From: Marsupella aquatica
Lineage: Eukaryota; Plantae; Marchantiophyta
Assembly: GCA_973895155.1 (NCBI GenBank)
Contig: OZ316898.1
Span: 17,102,752 to 17,166,751, forward strand
Direction: 5' to 3'
Length of the DNA stretch: 64,000 nucleotides
Shown: one piece after another, positions 1 through 9,925 of the stretch
Layout: the number at the start of each line of letters is the position of its first letter
Position numbering within the stretch: position 1 is the first letter of the stretch
Program-made: the position numbers and the translations under genes
Notes under the pieces: model-generated
The model's database searches: none
What the model saw: the letters and a program-made list of their open reading frames with translations, nothing else
What the model was told of the DNA's origin: nothing

Positions 1-8
1 GAACAGGT

Positions 9-988
9 TCAGCGCGGGCTACTTAGTCTCCACGATCGATGGTGTGTGTCCACTTCTGCAACAGCGCTTCTACAAATCTCTCCTACAGTTTGCTAGAATA
101 GTTTGATTCCTTTGGGTGATACAGAATCAATTAGGGGCACTCCTCTCACTAACAGCTCACGAGATAGATTTTGACAGTAAAGAGCCATTTCTCTGTTGGA
201 GCTCTTGTCTTGATTTTTGGCACTAGACAATTGATTCAATCCAATGCAAGTGGATCGAGCAATAAAATGTACTCTTTTGTGATCACTATTCACAAGATAG
301 ACAATAACTCTTTAAAATTGCCTGTTTTCACATCCTCACTACAGATCTTGCCGACCATTATCGTAGAATCTGAGCTCACTATCTAAAACAGGGCGTGATG
401 GTCTAGCCTTCTGAGCAGACTAACTTTCAAGGCGCAACCGGACTCAATCAACCTTTGTAGATATTTTAGGCGACATTCGGGCTCGAAAGGTCCAGACAAG
501 CCTTCACGAGAGGACGTCCATCGCTCCATTGGAACGGACGGGAAGGCAAGAAAAGAATTGATGCTGCACTAGCTGCCAACCTTCATCAAAGAACCTATTC
601 TAACGGCCCAACCCAGTCCAAACAAAAATGTCCTGTCACGGTTTCTTCACTGTCAATTAACAGCTGCTCGGAGATCTCTAATCCAACAACTTCAGGGCTA
701 GCTGAAAGCAGTAGTAGAGATTGGCATAGGGAGAATGTGGGCAATTGAAAAAGGATGTGCAGGCATTCACTCATACCGTCCAACGTGATCTGCAAAATAA
801 CTCCCAAGACTTTTTCGCGATCACCGTCATCCGAGAATGTGAACGATAGCACTCACTTACAATCGCATTGGTTAATGATGCATCTAACTACAATGATATT
901 AAGGACTCTTGAGAGATTACGAGTGAGCATACGTACCAGAGAGGATCAGGCAGAAAAGAAGAGTGGTGAATCTCAGCTGCGCCATCAT
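9..988 (-). CDS. Putative small secreted protein; spliced, 3' exons uncertain
   Basis: ATG at 988/985 gives MMAQLRFTTLLFCLILS (exon 988-937, donor G|GTACGT). An in-phase acceptor tttcag| at 702 continues ASPEVVGLEISEQLLIDSEETVTGHFCLDW, which reads as a signal peptide with likely cleavage at VVG-LE. A 5'UTR intron 1209-1088 (GTAAGT...cttcacag) supports a transcript. Tentative later exons 382-322 (IVSSDSTIMVGKICSEDVKT, needs a GC donor) and 55-9 (EVDTHHRSWRLSSPR*) give about 82 aa. Confidence 0.45.
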
Positions 989-1509
989 TCCTCGCTCGCC
1001 AACTTCAAAGTCTCGAGACACCAGCAGAAATTCGTCCAATCACACAGTACAGGGATGCTTTCCTTCGATGCAGGTCCTCTCTCTGTCCTGTGAAGAGACC
1101 TCTAGACGCTCATGATCTCTAGACAGAGATGGAAAACAGGAGATCCTTCAGGCCTACCGAAAGAGAAACCCACCCCTGCAAGGCAAGGCCCACACAGCCA
1201 AACACTTACTCCCTCACCATCAGCTGCGCGAATATATAGCTGTACTGAGGGAATCTCTTAGCTCGAGAACTCTCTCCAGTAACCTCTGGTCTACCAGTAA
1301 ATTTCAGAGGGTGGCAAAGTAGTCCAAGCAGGGACCCACTCCAATGATGGGAGGGATCTAGGAGCTCGCAGTCTAGCACTTCTCTCCTCTCCCACTCTCA
1401 CATGTGGCACAACAACAGCAGTGCAGTACCTCTCCCTACTCCTCCCTATCAATTCACCAGGTAGTCAATTGATAGGCCTTGTCGTCCCCAATTCAGGCTT
1501 TCAGATTTT

Positions 1510-1741
1510 GGATCACGCCATCATTGGGATTCTTGAAACAAATCGTCGCCAGAGCTCAATCATAGGCTCCACTCTCAAAAGCCAAGTCCGGGCCCCGCTC
1601 ACTCCTCCCCTATCCATGATTCACTCTTTCATTCAATTCGTGAGGGGCTTTTCGATCACGCCATGATCGGGATTCTTGAATCAAATCTCCTCCAGAGCTC
1701 ATCTCATCAATCGCAGACTCAACTCTCAAAAGGCTAAGTCC
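1510..1741. repeat. Imperfect direct repeat of about 85 bp, two copies
   Basis: gatcacgccat-n-ggattcttgaa-n-ccagagctca-n-actctcaaaag-n-aagtcc at about 1511-1589 and 1654-1741. Confidence 0.8.
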
Positions 1742-4450
1742 AGTAGTCCAGTAGTCCACCTGGCCATAGTAGTAGTTTGGTACATGCTGCCTTTACCCCC
1801 AGTACTGAGCTCTGGGCTAGTGGGCAGGTAGCCCAAATCAACGCTGCAACAAATACATAAATAATAATTATTTTTCACCTAGAGAAGAGTTTTAAGGTAA
1901 TGCATTCAGGCTAGGAGGTATTGTATAATGCAAACAGGAATTTTGATAGCCAGGAGACACTACTGTAGTGGTTTTAAATTTCTTTTGCTTCTTGCTGCCT
2001 TTTATAATTTTTTTGTGTTTTTTTTAACTCCAGATGGCTAGTGAGTTTAGCCCAAAAGAGGCGACTCAAAAATGTATGCCACTAACCAGGTTGTTGTTAG
2101 CTAGGCAATTGGATATTGAGAAATAGGGGTCATGCAATGAACTTTTTTAGTGTTTCCTGGCATGCTACAATGACCCTTCAGGCTAGGATCATGCCACAGT
2201 TTCTGCCCAGTTTTTTTGTTTTTTTATCTCAGTTTGGTGTGGCGTGTTGGCCATTTTTGTTTGTTCAAGTGCTGACATGAGTTTAGTTGGGCCTGTTGGC
2301 CATTCATGTTCAGTAAAGTCCCAATCACTTGCTCTTGAGATTGTTATTATGGTCCTTGCCCAGTTACTCCTGTCACATGTCATTTTTATTTCTCATCAAA
2401 GTTATACACTCTCCTCCAAAGCTGAGTGCGACAAATAGAATGGAAAAAAGCCAACAAGGTCAATGTGGTCCAAGAATAAATGAACACATGACCTGAAAAT
2501 TATAAGTTCTATGTTATAAGGTTCCATAAGTTACAAGTGCCCAAACTACTCAGGGCGTCCTTCCCTGATTTGGTAAGTCCTTGCTTATGCCCAAACTACT
2601 CAGGGGGTCTAACCCTCCATTGGCAACTGGTTTATTATATTTGACCATTTTGGCACTCATCTGCAAAGGAGCAAATGATCTCAGAAAATCTTAATGTACC
2701 CTAGCTACTCAACTCGCTCTCCTCTACCTTCTTCTCCTCTCATTGTCTTTAAATACCAGCATTACGCCGGGGTAACTCAAAGAGGTCATGTCGTGTTTTG
2801 AAAGTGGACCTCATGTGTCCTTCCACGCTTGACCATCCTCTGATTGAAGCTGCAAACCTGATCAACCTGTCTGCTACTACTCTAAATAGACGATTTTTAC
2901 TATTTGAAGCGGGTTGCAGTGTCCCTCTGTCCATGCTCAAGATTATGAGCAGGCCTTTTTATTACTATAGTAAGTTGTCTATCATAAGCTACATGCTGAC
3001 AACATGACTTTATATATAATTAAACTATGGAAAAACAAAATGCGCGAAATGCACCCAACGGGGAGACATGATCCCAGCGGCATAGTACCCAATCACACAA
3101 GACTGAACCTGTCTGCTGATACTCCAAACAGGTCTGGCCATAGTTTTGGAGGAGCCTGAGACGAAGACCCGTGGGCTAGCCCTCAGTTTGCTTAAACCCA
3201 AAATCTCAAATTAGACAAAAGAGTCACTCATTGTCCAGGCTGTAAGTGAGTTATGAACATTCACTCTCAACCACAGTTCACTTAGTACAACCGTAGCAAA
3301 AGCACAAAGTGAAATTTAAGACGACTGTGTTGGGCCCCAGCCATAGGCTTACTTGGCATTTCTGGGACGTATTTGGGACAAAGATGTAGAGTTTGCTTGG
3401 CTTGGTTGTATTTAGTATTTGGCCCAGGTCTTGCATTTACGTGATTGCAGTAGAAGGTGGCTTGGCTGGCATACCCATGGATTTCACCATCAGTTTTAAA
3501 ATATTGTGGGCCGCTGGTGGTGTTTACAGTATGAGGTCTGGTAGCTGATAACAAACTTATGATGGAAAGGTCCTGTGCAACCTTCTCCGCAACAAAAAGC
3601 ATTGGCAAAACGTTATCCTTACCGTGCACAATGCAGTAACCCCCTGGAAAAAAATGAGATTTCCCCGAAAGCAAGGCTAGATGAAAAGACACCGATCAGG
3701 GGTGGCATTATGAGAGCTAAGAGTGTTGAGTCGGTACATTTGTTCGAAGCCCTCAATCTCATAATGAAATCCTGTATAATCTTAAGAATATGTGCTTTAG
3801 CTAGCTTGTAAACACATTCTACATTGTCCTTATTGATGAATGAACAGGCAATTTGTACCGATCCAGAATTGCGAGATTCTAATCAGACTTGTGCATGCGA
3901 CATCTCGAAAGTAGAATCACTCATCTTGAGAATAAACCTTGATCCTGTCAGCCTTTTTTCTCATCATTTGCATGCCTATGTGATTACTTCTTCTCTCCCT
4001 TAAAAGGAGGCGCTGCAGTCGCACGTTGTTCGAACTCGTAGGTTTAATGAAGTCTTTCCAAGGGAAGTTGTGACCACAAGATAATTTCCGCATATTGCAA
4101 GTGTAGATCTCGATTTGTTTTTCTTTAGTTCCTAAAACCAGTTTCCTCGTGTCGTCTGCAGCGCCAGTGACATACCTCTGTAAGACCTTCCTTTCCTCCG
4201 CCCCGCTTGCAACTGGAGAGGCTCAGCTCGATAAAACCTGTTCATTGCGCACCTGGGACATGTTCTCACCGAGTACAAACCTCCAATCATTGAAAGTCTG
4301 CCAGCAACCCTGAATAGCGTTACCCATTCTATTCCTGTCTAGCTGTTCGCAGAGAAGACTCAGGTGCTCAGACTAATCCAGCTCATCCTCGGCAGCTCCA
4401 GCACTGCAGGTTTTGGGGAAGTATTTTCCTGTAGACATCACCCCTGTTTT

Positions 4451-4675
4451 CTGCACAAGGCAGAAGGAATGTAAATTATTGTCTCAAATGGGTTTTGTCT
4501 ACAGAATCACTTTTGACTTCAACCAGCAGTGTAATTTTCGGGCATGTTCGGCTTCTCGTTCCTGATCATTCTTGCTGTCACTTGTGAAATCTCACGCTCA
4601 GGGCGAAGATGACAAACACTCCGAATCCACGGACAAATCAGCCACTCCATCTTGAAACATGTTCACAGACTATAC
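4451..4675 (-). other. Candidate 3'UTR intron of NRDE2
   Basis: Minus-strand donor CAG|GTATAG at 4675 and acceptor ttccttctgccttgtgcag| at 4451, about 340 nt downstream of the NRDE2 stop. Confidence 0.4.
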
Positions 4676-5011
4676 CTGCAGGAGTTCATGACATTCAGAA
4701 TTTGGCTGCTGCTGCTGTAAATTTTCCTCCACTGCTAATTGACGATGTATTAGGCGTTCTCCGATAGAGAATGAAGGAGCTTTGAGTTCCATGGTGGTGA
4801 ATTGCAATTAGACAAATCCACACGCTCCTTGTCCCCACAAATACTCATACTCATTTCTGGTAGAGAATGAAGGCCCTTAAGTCCACGGCGGTGATGGCAA
4901 ATATACAATTTAAAGCACTGGCAAATCGCAGGCCCCATGCTTGAAACGGTAGGCTCCTTGTCTCCACATTTACGGGTCCAAGGGTGATTGAGATTGCACT
5001 AGTTCTCCGTC

Positions 5012-8000
5012 CTAGACTTCATCTTCAAGAAGGATCTCGTACACGTCAGTCCGAAGTCTCAACTCCTTATCTCTCATGACATCCACAAAATCTGACAACT
5101 CCTTTGCACTCAGTATGGAACCCAGCATCAAGAATCCATCCACCCAGAGGGTTTTGGACCACGGGCAAGCATGAATAGCTCGAAAGTAGACACGACGAGC
5201 AGCCTCTGCATTACCAGCCACCTGCACTTCATATGCAAGATAGGACCGCCATAAAAGAACGCAATGCTGAGTTTCCTTGCTCTCCAGCCCTCGCTCAAAT
5301 AGTCTGTGAATGCGTGGGCCTGCTCCAGATCTCCATAATTCACAAGATAGAGCGAAGAGCCATACAGTGGGTGAAGAATGTTTGGCGGCTGCATCATCAA
5401 AATACCGACGCAGGTTATAGCTCCTCGCAGATAAGAAAGTATTTTCCACATAGGCTCCGATTAGCTTTGAGTTGTGAGGATACTGCCCCAAGCCTTGCAA
5501 GAGGGTGGACCGCAGACGGGCTGGCTTGGGGCCATTTTTGGCCTTCTCTAGCATTTTAATATATCGCTGGAAGAGCAATTCACACTGGAGGCTTTGCTGC
5601 CTAGTTTCAGGAAGATACATGGCAAGCCCTTCCTCAAAAACTGCAGTTCCAGCTTCCCAGCCGTTCATTAGCTGCTCAAACATAGCAGCACATGCAATGA
5701 CGGCTGCTCCTCTCTCTGATAGGTATCTTCTATCAGTTGTTCTGACTCTTTGCAAAAGCTCCCGATATCCCTTATGGCCTTTCAACAGTGTAGTCGTTGG
5801 CAACCTGTCACGGCCAGACTGGGGAGAATATGCACTTCCGCTTCCCAAGCAGCAAAGAATGTACAAGGCCCTCTGTTCCGGACATGTCTCTTGTGGCTCA
5901 TTTAAACCCTGACCAAGCTCCATTTCCGCGTAAGCACAGTACAAAATCGGTGCATCTCGTGCCCCCTCCGTTGAAGGATCACCCAGAGAAGCTAGGGTGG
6001 TATCAAATACAGTTCTGGCAGTAGCAATATTTCCAGCTGCTGCTTCAATGCATGCATATGCTCCCCACATCATTAAATCCTTGCGATGCTTCTTCAACAA
6101 TTTCTTAGCAAGGGCTCGAGGTGGAGTCTTTAGTGATCCGATCGCTTGGGCTGCTAAGAGCTCCTCAGTCTTGAGCACGGTATCTGACAAAAATCGGTCA
6201 TGGGGGAATTCCGATTTCAACAAGCCTACACAGTTCTGGAGAAACTTAGCTCGTCCCTTAGACTCCTCATACCATGAAGGGCCACGTAGAAGGTTTGTGA
6301 GGATGTTCTTCCCAACATGTTCCGGCCACTTCAGACCGTCCAAGTCAGCACCCATATTCGGACTCACACGTACGAGGGAGTCCAACTCGGACATAAAGCA
6401 CCCACTGTTGGAACAACACCATTGCAATAAAGGTCCATCGCAAAAATCAATAAATTGATGAATCAAACTCAGCCGAGCCTGCTGTGACTGAAGTGTGAAG
6501 AGGCTCTCTTTGACGTCATCATAGAGAACCATGCTCTCTAGCTGATCATCTTCCTCACTTATTTGTAAATTCACCGGGAACCATTGGTCCCGATCTCTCT
6601 CTACCTCCTTCTCGGACCATCGCTTCCAAATTCTGGTATCTTTCACCTCCACATCCTTTGATGCACTGAAACTCAAGCCTAGCTTCTCCAATAAAGCTGC
6701 TTCATCTTCTTCCTCCTGTACAACGTCCTCGTCTACCTGTGCATCTTCTTCCATGCTCCACTCCTCTTCCTCCAAAGGTTGGCCACCGCCATTGGACTCG
6801 ACAAATTCTTTACTTGGTGCTGACCATCCTGTCCATCCACCAACTTCCTTTTCCTCCATTTGAGCGTCACTCAAAAGTTTGCTTTCCCTAGCCTTTTGAT
6901 CCTCCTCAAGAAAGGTCGCCCACCCTAACGCCCCCTCCTCCCCAAATCTGGGAGCCCCACTACTCCAGAAGCTTTCAAAAACGGTCAGCTTACCACCTTC
7001 AGTTAGCATTAGTCGAGGACTGAACAAACTGTACTCAATTTGTGCTTGAAAAATGCCTACTGCAAGTTCTTGATGACCAGACTGCCAATTGAATCTGCAA
7101 AGGTCTAAAAATATGGAGACCAGAGCCTCCTCGGCCAAAACAAAGTCCTCATAGTGATTATTCTCTCCAATTGCTTTCGAGGCCAGCTTATTTCGAGTCG
7201 CTGTTAAAGCCTGGAGGGCATGATTATAAAGAGAACGAATGGCAGACACAGAGAATGTTGAGAATTGGGAACGCCGAAAGCGAAGAAACTCTTGCCACAT
7301 TCGCAAACTGCCAGAATGGCTGTGGACGGCACGTTCCCATTTTCTGAGCAAAGTGGCAGCGTCGTCATTCCTCTTACAGGTCTCCAGATAGAGAATCAGT
7401 AAGTCCTCGCTATCTTTATGTGAATCCATCGCCTTCTCCAGAATTGCCATCTTCTTCGCAACAAGGTTTTGAATGGCTGCCCTGTTCCCAGTCGCTTGGA
7501 TCAATTCATCCTGGAAGTTAGCAAAACGAATCCACACACTCTCATCATGAGGCCTTTCTCTTGACAGCCGGTTTAACTCCTTAGTCTTATGAGCAACATA
7601 ACCTACCCATGTTTCTCCCTCTTCTCTGCTTTCTTCTTCCAGATCTCTCTCTCCTTCTGTAGGGAGCCAAACAGCCTCCAGTGGCACAAAATGCGCCAAA
7701 GGAGCAGCGGACTTGGCGCCATCCCCATTCCTCTCAAACTTGTGATTGCCAATCCTCAAATGGCTCAGTTTTCGTTTCCTCTGCAAGGAAGAGAATTTGA
7801 GAGACCAATAACGGCCTCCAGTCTTCCCCTTCTCATCCTCAGCAACTTCTCCATCATTATCAAAATAAACGAGGAATTCCTGATCAAAATTGTTTCCACG
7901 TATCTCACTCCGACGGTACCTTGAAACATCCATTCTGTAGAGAGACCCATAAGTCAAACTCTCACGATCTCCTCGAGTGTCAAAATAATATTCTTTTTTG

Positions 8001-8617
8001 GCAGCAGTGTTCCGATCAGCCCAGGAAGTTGTTGTACCTGGTCTTTTCTCTAGTAAAGCAGATCCGCCGTCTACTACCCCAGTCCTTCCAGTGTCGGCAC
8101 CATGCTCGGGTTCCTTGTGTTCCTTCTTTTTTTGCTTGTGCTCATCCCCTTTGCCATCCGCCTCTCGTCTTCTCTTCCTATGTGATTTCTTCCTGTGTCT
8201 TCTCAATGCCGATGAAGCCCGCTCGCTATCTTCGTCCCCCTCAGAGCTTGATGGCCCTCCGGCATTTTCAATTCCTCCTTCGCTGCTCCGAAATTGATTT
8301 CCAGTGTCCTCGAGTACGAGAGTGGGACGAACGGGTTGATGGCTTGTAGTTGTGGGCAGAGGAGGAGGCAACAGAGATTCTGAAAAGGAGGAATGCGAAG
8401 GCCATTCCGGGGCAGGAGCCTGCTGCAATTTCGCACTCTCGGCGACGGGGAAAACGGGAGGAGCCGAAGCAAAGGAAGGGAACAGCGTGGGAGCCGCTGA
8501 TGATGATGCTGATGACGAGGGAGGTAGGCGAGAAGGAGCAACAGGGAACAAAGATGGAGCTGGAGGAGAACCAGGGGGCTCATCTTCTCCAGTTTTCAAA
8601 ATTTCATCATCCTCCAT
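5012..8617 (-). CDS. NRDE2: Nuclear exosome regulator / splicing factor NRDE2, 1201 aa, single coding exon
   Basis: Uninterrupted ORF with a low-complexity, basic N-terminus. Contains an MTR4-interaction-like segment YYFDTRGDRESLTYGSLYRMDVSRYRR, the NRDE-2 domain (RERPHDESVWIRFANFQD...FESFWSSGAPRFGEEGALGW), HAT repeats and the typical C-terminus RVYFRAIHACPWSKTLW...MRDKELRLRTDVYE. Confidence 0.95.
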   Translation of the reverse strand: MEDDEILKTGEDEPPGSPPAPSLFPVAPSRLPPSSSASSSAAPTLFPSFASAPPVFPVAESAKLQQAPAPEWPSHSSFSESLLPPPLPTTTSHQPVRPTLVLEDTGNQFRSSEGGIENAGGPSSSEGDEDSERASSALRRHRKKSHRKRRREADGKGDEHKQKKKEHKEPEHGADTGRTGVVDGGSALLEKRPGTTTSWADRNTAAKKEYYFDTRGDRESLTYGSLYRMDVSRYRRSEIRGNNFDQEFLVYFDNDGEVAEDEKGKTGGRYWSLKFSSLQRKRKLSHLRIGNHKFERNGDGAKSAAPLAHFVPLEAVWLPTEGERDLEEESREEGETWVGYVAHKTKELNRLSRERPHDESVWIRFANFQDELIQATGNRAAIQNLVAKKMAILEKAMDSHKDSEDLLILYLETCKRNDDAATLLRKWERAVHSHSGSLRMWQEFLRFRRSQFSTFSVSAIRSLYNHALQALTATRNKLASKAIGENNHYEDFVLAEEALVSIFLDLCRFNWQSGHQELAVGIFQAQIEYSLFSPRLMLTEGGKLTVFESFWSSGAPRFGEEGALGWATFLEEDQKARESKLLSDAQMEEKEVGGWTGWSAPSKEFVESNGGGQPLEEEEWSMEEDAQVDEDVVQEEEDEAALLEKLGLSFSASKDVEVKDTRIWKRWSEKEVERDRDQWFPVNLQISEEDDQLESMVLYDDVKESLFTLQSQQARLSLIHQFIDFCDGPLLQWCCSNSGCFMSELDSLVRVSPNMGADLDGLKWPEHVGKNILTNLLRGPSWYEESKGRAKFLQNCVGLLKSEFPHDRFLSDTVLKTEELLAAQAIGSLKTPPRALAKKLLKKHRKDLMMWGAYACIEAAAGNIATARTVFDTTLASLGDPSTEGARDAPILYCAYAEMELGQGLNEPQETCPEQRALYILCCLGSGSAYSPQSGRDRLPTTTLLKGHKGYRELLQRVRTTDRRYLSERGAAVIACAAMFEQLMNGWEAGTAVFEEGLAMYLPETRQQSLQCELLFQRYIKMLEKAKNGPKPARLRSTLLQGLGQYPHNSKLIGAYVENTFLSARSYNLRRYFDDAAAKHSSPTVWLFALSCELWRSGAGPRIHRLFERGLESKETQHCVLLWRSYLAYEVQVAGNAEAARRVYFRAIHACPWSKTLWVDGFLMLGSILSAKELSDFVDVMRDKELRLRTDVYEILLEDEV

Positions 8618-8987
8618 TCCTCCGACACTTCTGAAATATCAGTCGGATTCTTCTTCACCAATTCAATTTCATATACTGATGCGCCAGCTGAGTCTGTGTC
8701 TATGGACCAACCCGGCTAACCCTGACGTGCCCTCCTCCTTAATGTCTATGGTAAGATCTATGGCATCTCCTTCATACACTGGGAAACTCCAGTCCAATTT
8801 CATGTTTGGTGAAAAAACCTTCAACCTAAAATCTGCATATCTTTTCCAGCAACGCCTTGAGGGATATAAAAATCTTAGCCACTGAGAAAGGAAGCGCCTC
8901 ACGCTAAAGGTGAATTTATGCTTTTCAAGGCCCTGTGACACGATCCAGAACACCTCCAATCAATCACAAGGATCACTCGCTAGTGTG

Positions 8988-8988
<1 letters not shown>

Positions 8989-9019
<31 letters not shown>
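8989..9019. repeat. (CAG)n microsatellite in the NRDE2 5' leader region
   Basis: About 10 tandem CAG units. Confidence 0.95.
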
Positions 9020-9020
<1 letters not shown>

Positions 9021-9598
9021 TGTCACAAATCGCAGAGACGAAAACCTAGAAAAGCATCACATCCTAAGCTAACATGTTTCTTTGACCTTCTTCTGTCACA
9101 GCCACTCTTTCATATTCCTTCAAAGCGCCCCTCCTAAATCTGGAGTGCAAGCGAAGATTGATGACAGCAACCAAATCAACGCCCTGTGAATTGTTTGCTT
9201 CTTCTCACGAGCACGGAATTGGAAAGTAGGCAAATAAGTGAAAACACGGATGACGAGACTTCACTTGTCCACTTCAAGTCTTTCACAATTCACAGCAACA
9301 ACAGTAAGTGCTGTCTTGCAAGTCGCAGCATCTGACGAGGATTGGAGACAGAATCCGATCGACGGAAATTCTCATATCCTTCTCCGCATACTACCTTCAC
9401 AATTCATGAAAGACGAGGAATGCCCTCCCACTGCCGAAAGAAGTGCACATTCAATTTCAACAATTCAAGGATCACGCGCTTCTCCCTGTTCCTTGCACAA
9501 TTTGTGAAAGAAGAGGGATTCAAAGAGGTATGTGTTTGATGGACTCGCACTTGTGAAACTTTTGTTATAACCTAGCCCCTAGAACCCTTTTGTGTTTA

Positions 9599-9925
9599 CA
9601 ACTTTTCACTAACGTGTACCCCAAATTACCCAATATGGCTAAAGTGCCCCCAAGACAAAATTAATTATCAACATGTCCCCCATTTAGTATTTATATTAAT
9701 ATTTATATGGGTTCCCATTACCATGTGGCAAGTTACTACTGGATAGCCTGAGCCCACTCCAGCACCCCTTTGCCCCCCCTTCATGGGCCTCACTTGGCTA
9801 CAGAAAACCATATACAAATTAATATTCACCCAAATACAAAATGGGAGACAAGTTGATAATTAATTTTGTTGGGGGGAGAAGTTAATTATATTGGGTAGTT
9901 TAGGAAACAGTTTAGTAAAATGTTG
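9599..9925. mobile_element. Mutator-like MITE, 327 bp
   Basis: Imperfect TIRs of about 100 bp (caacttttcactaa...tacccaatat...caaaattaattatcaacatgtcccccattt versus the reverse complement of about 9839-9925). Flanked by a 10-bp TSD tttgtgttta (9589-9598) / ttagtgttta (9926-9935), 9/10 identical. No coding capacity. Confidence 0.85.

Noticed and set aside
1-1400. Decayed retrotransposon ORF1/gag
   Set aside because: No TE motifs. Canonical splice sites and a signal peptide fit a host gene better.
3040-3140. tRNA or SINE-like sequence on the minus strand (...ccccgttgggtgca)
   Set aside because: No GTTCRA B-box, A-box or cloverleaf.
8669-8959. 96-aa ORF upstream of NRDE2
   Set aside because: Non-ATG start, no recognisable domain, and probably inside the 5' leader or intron.
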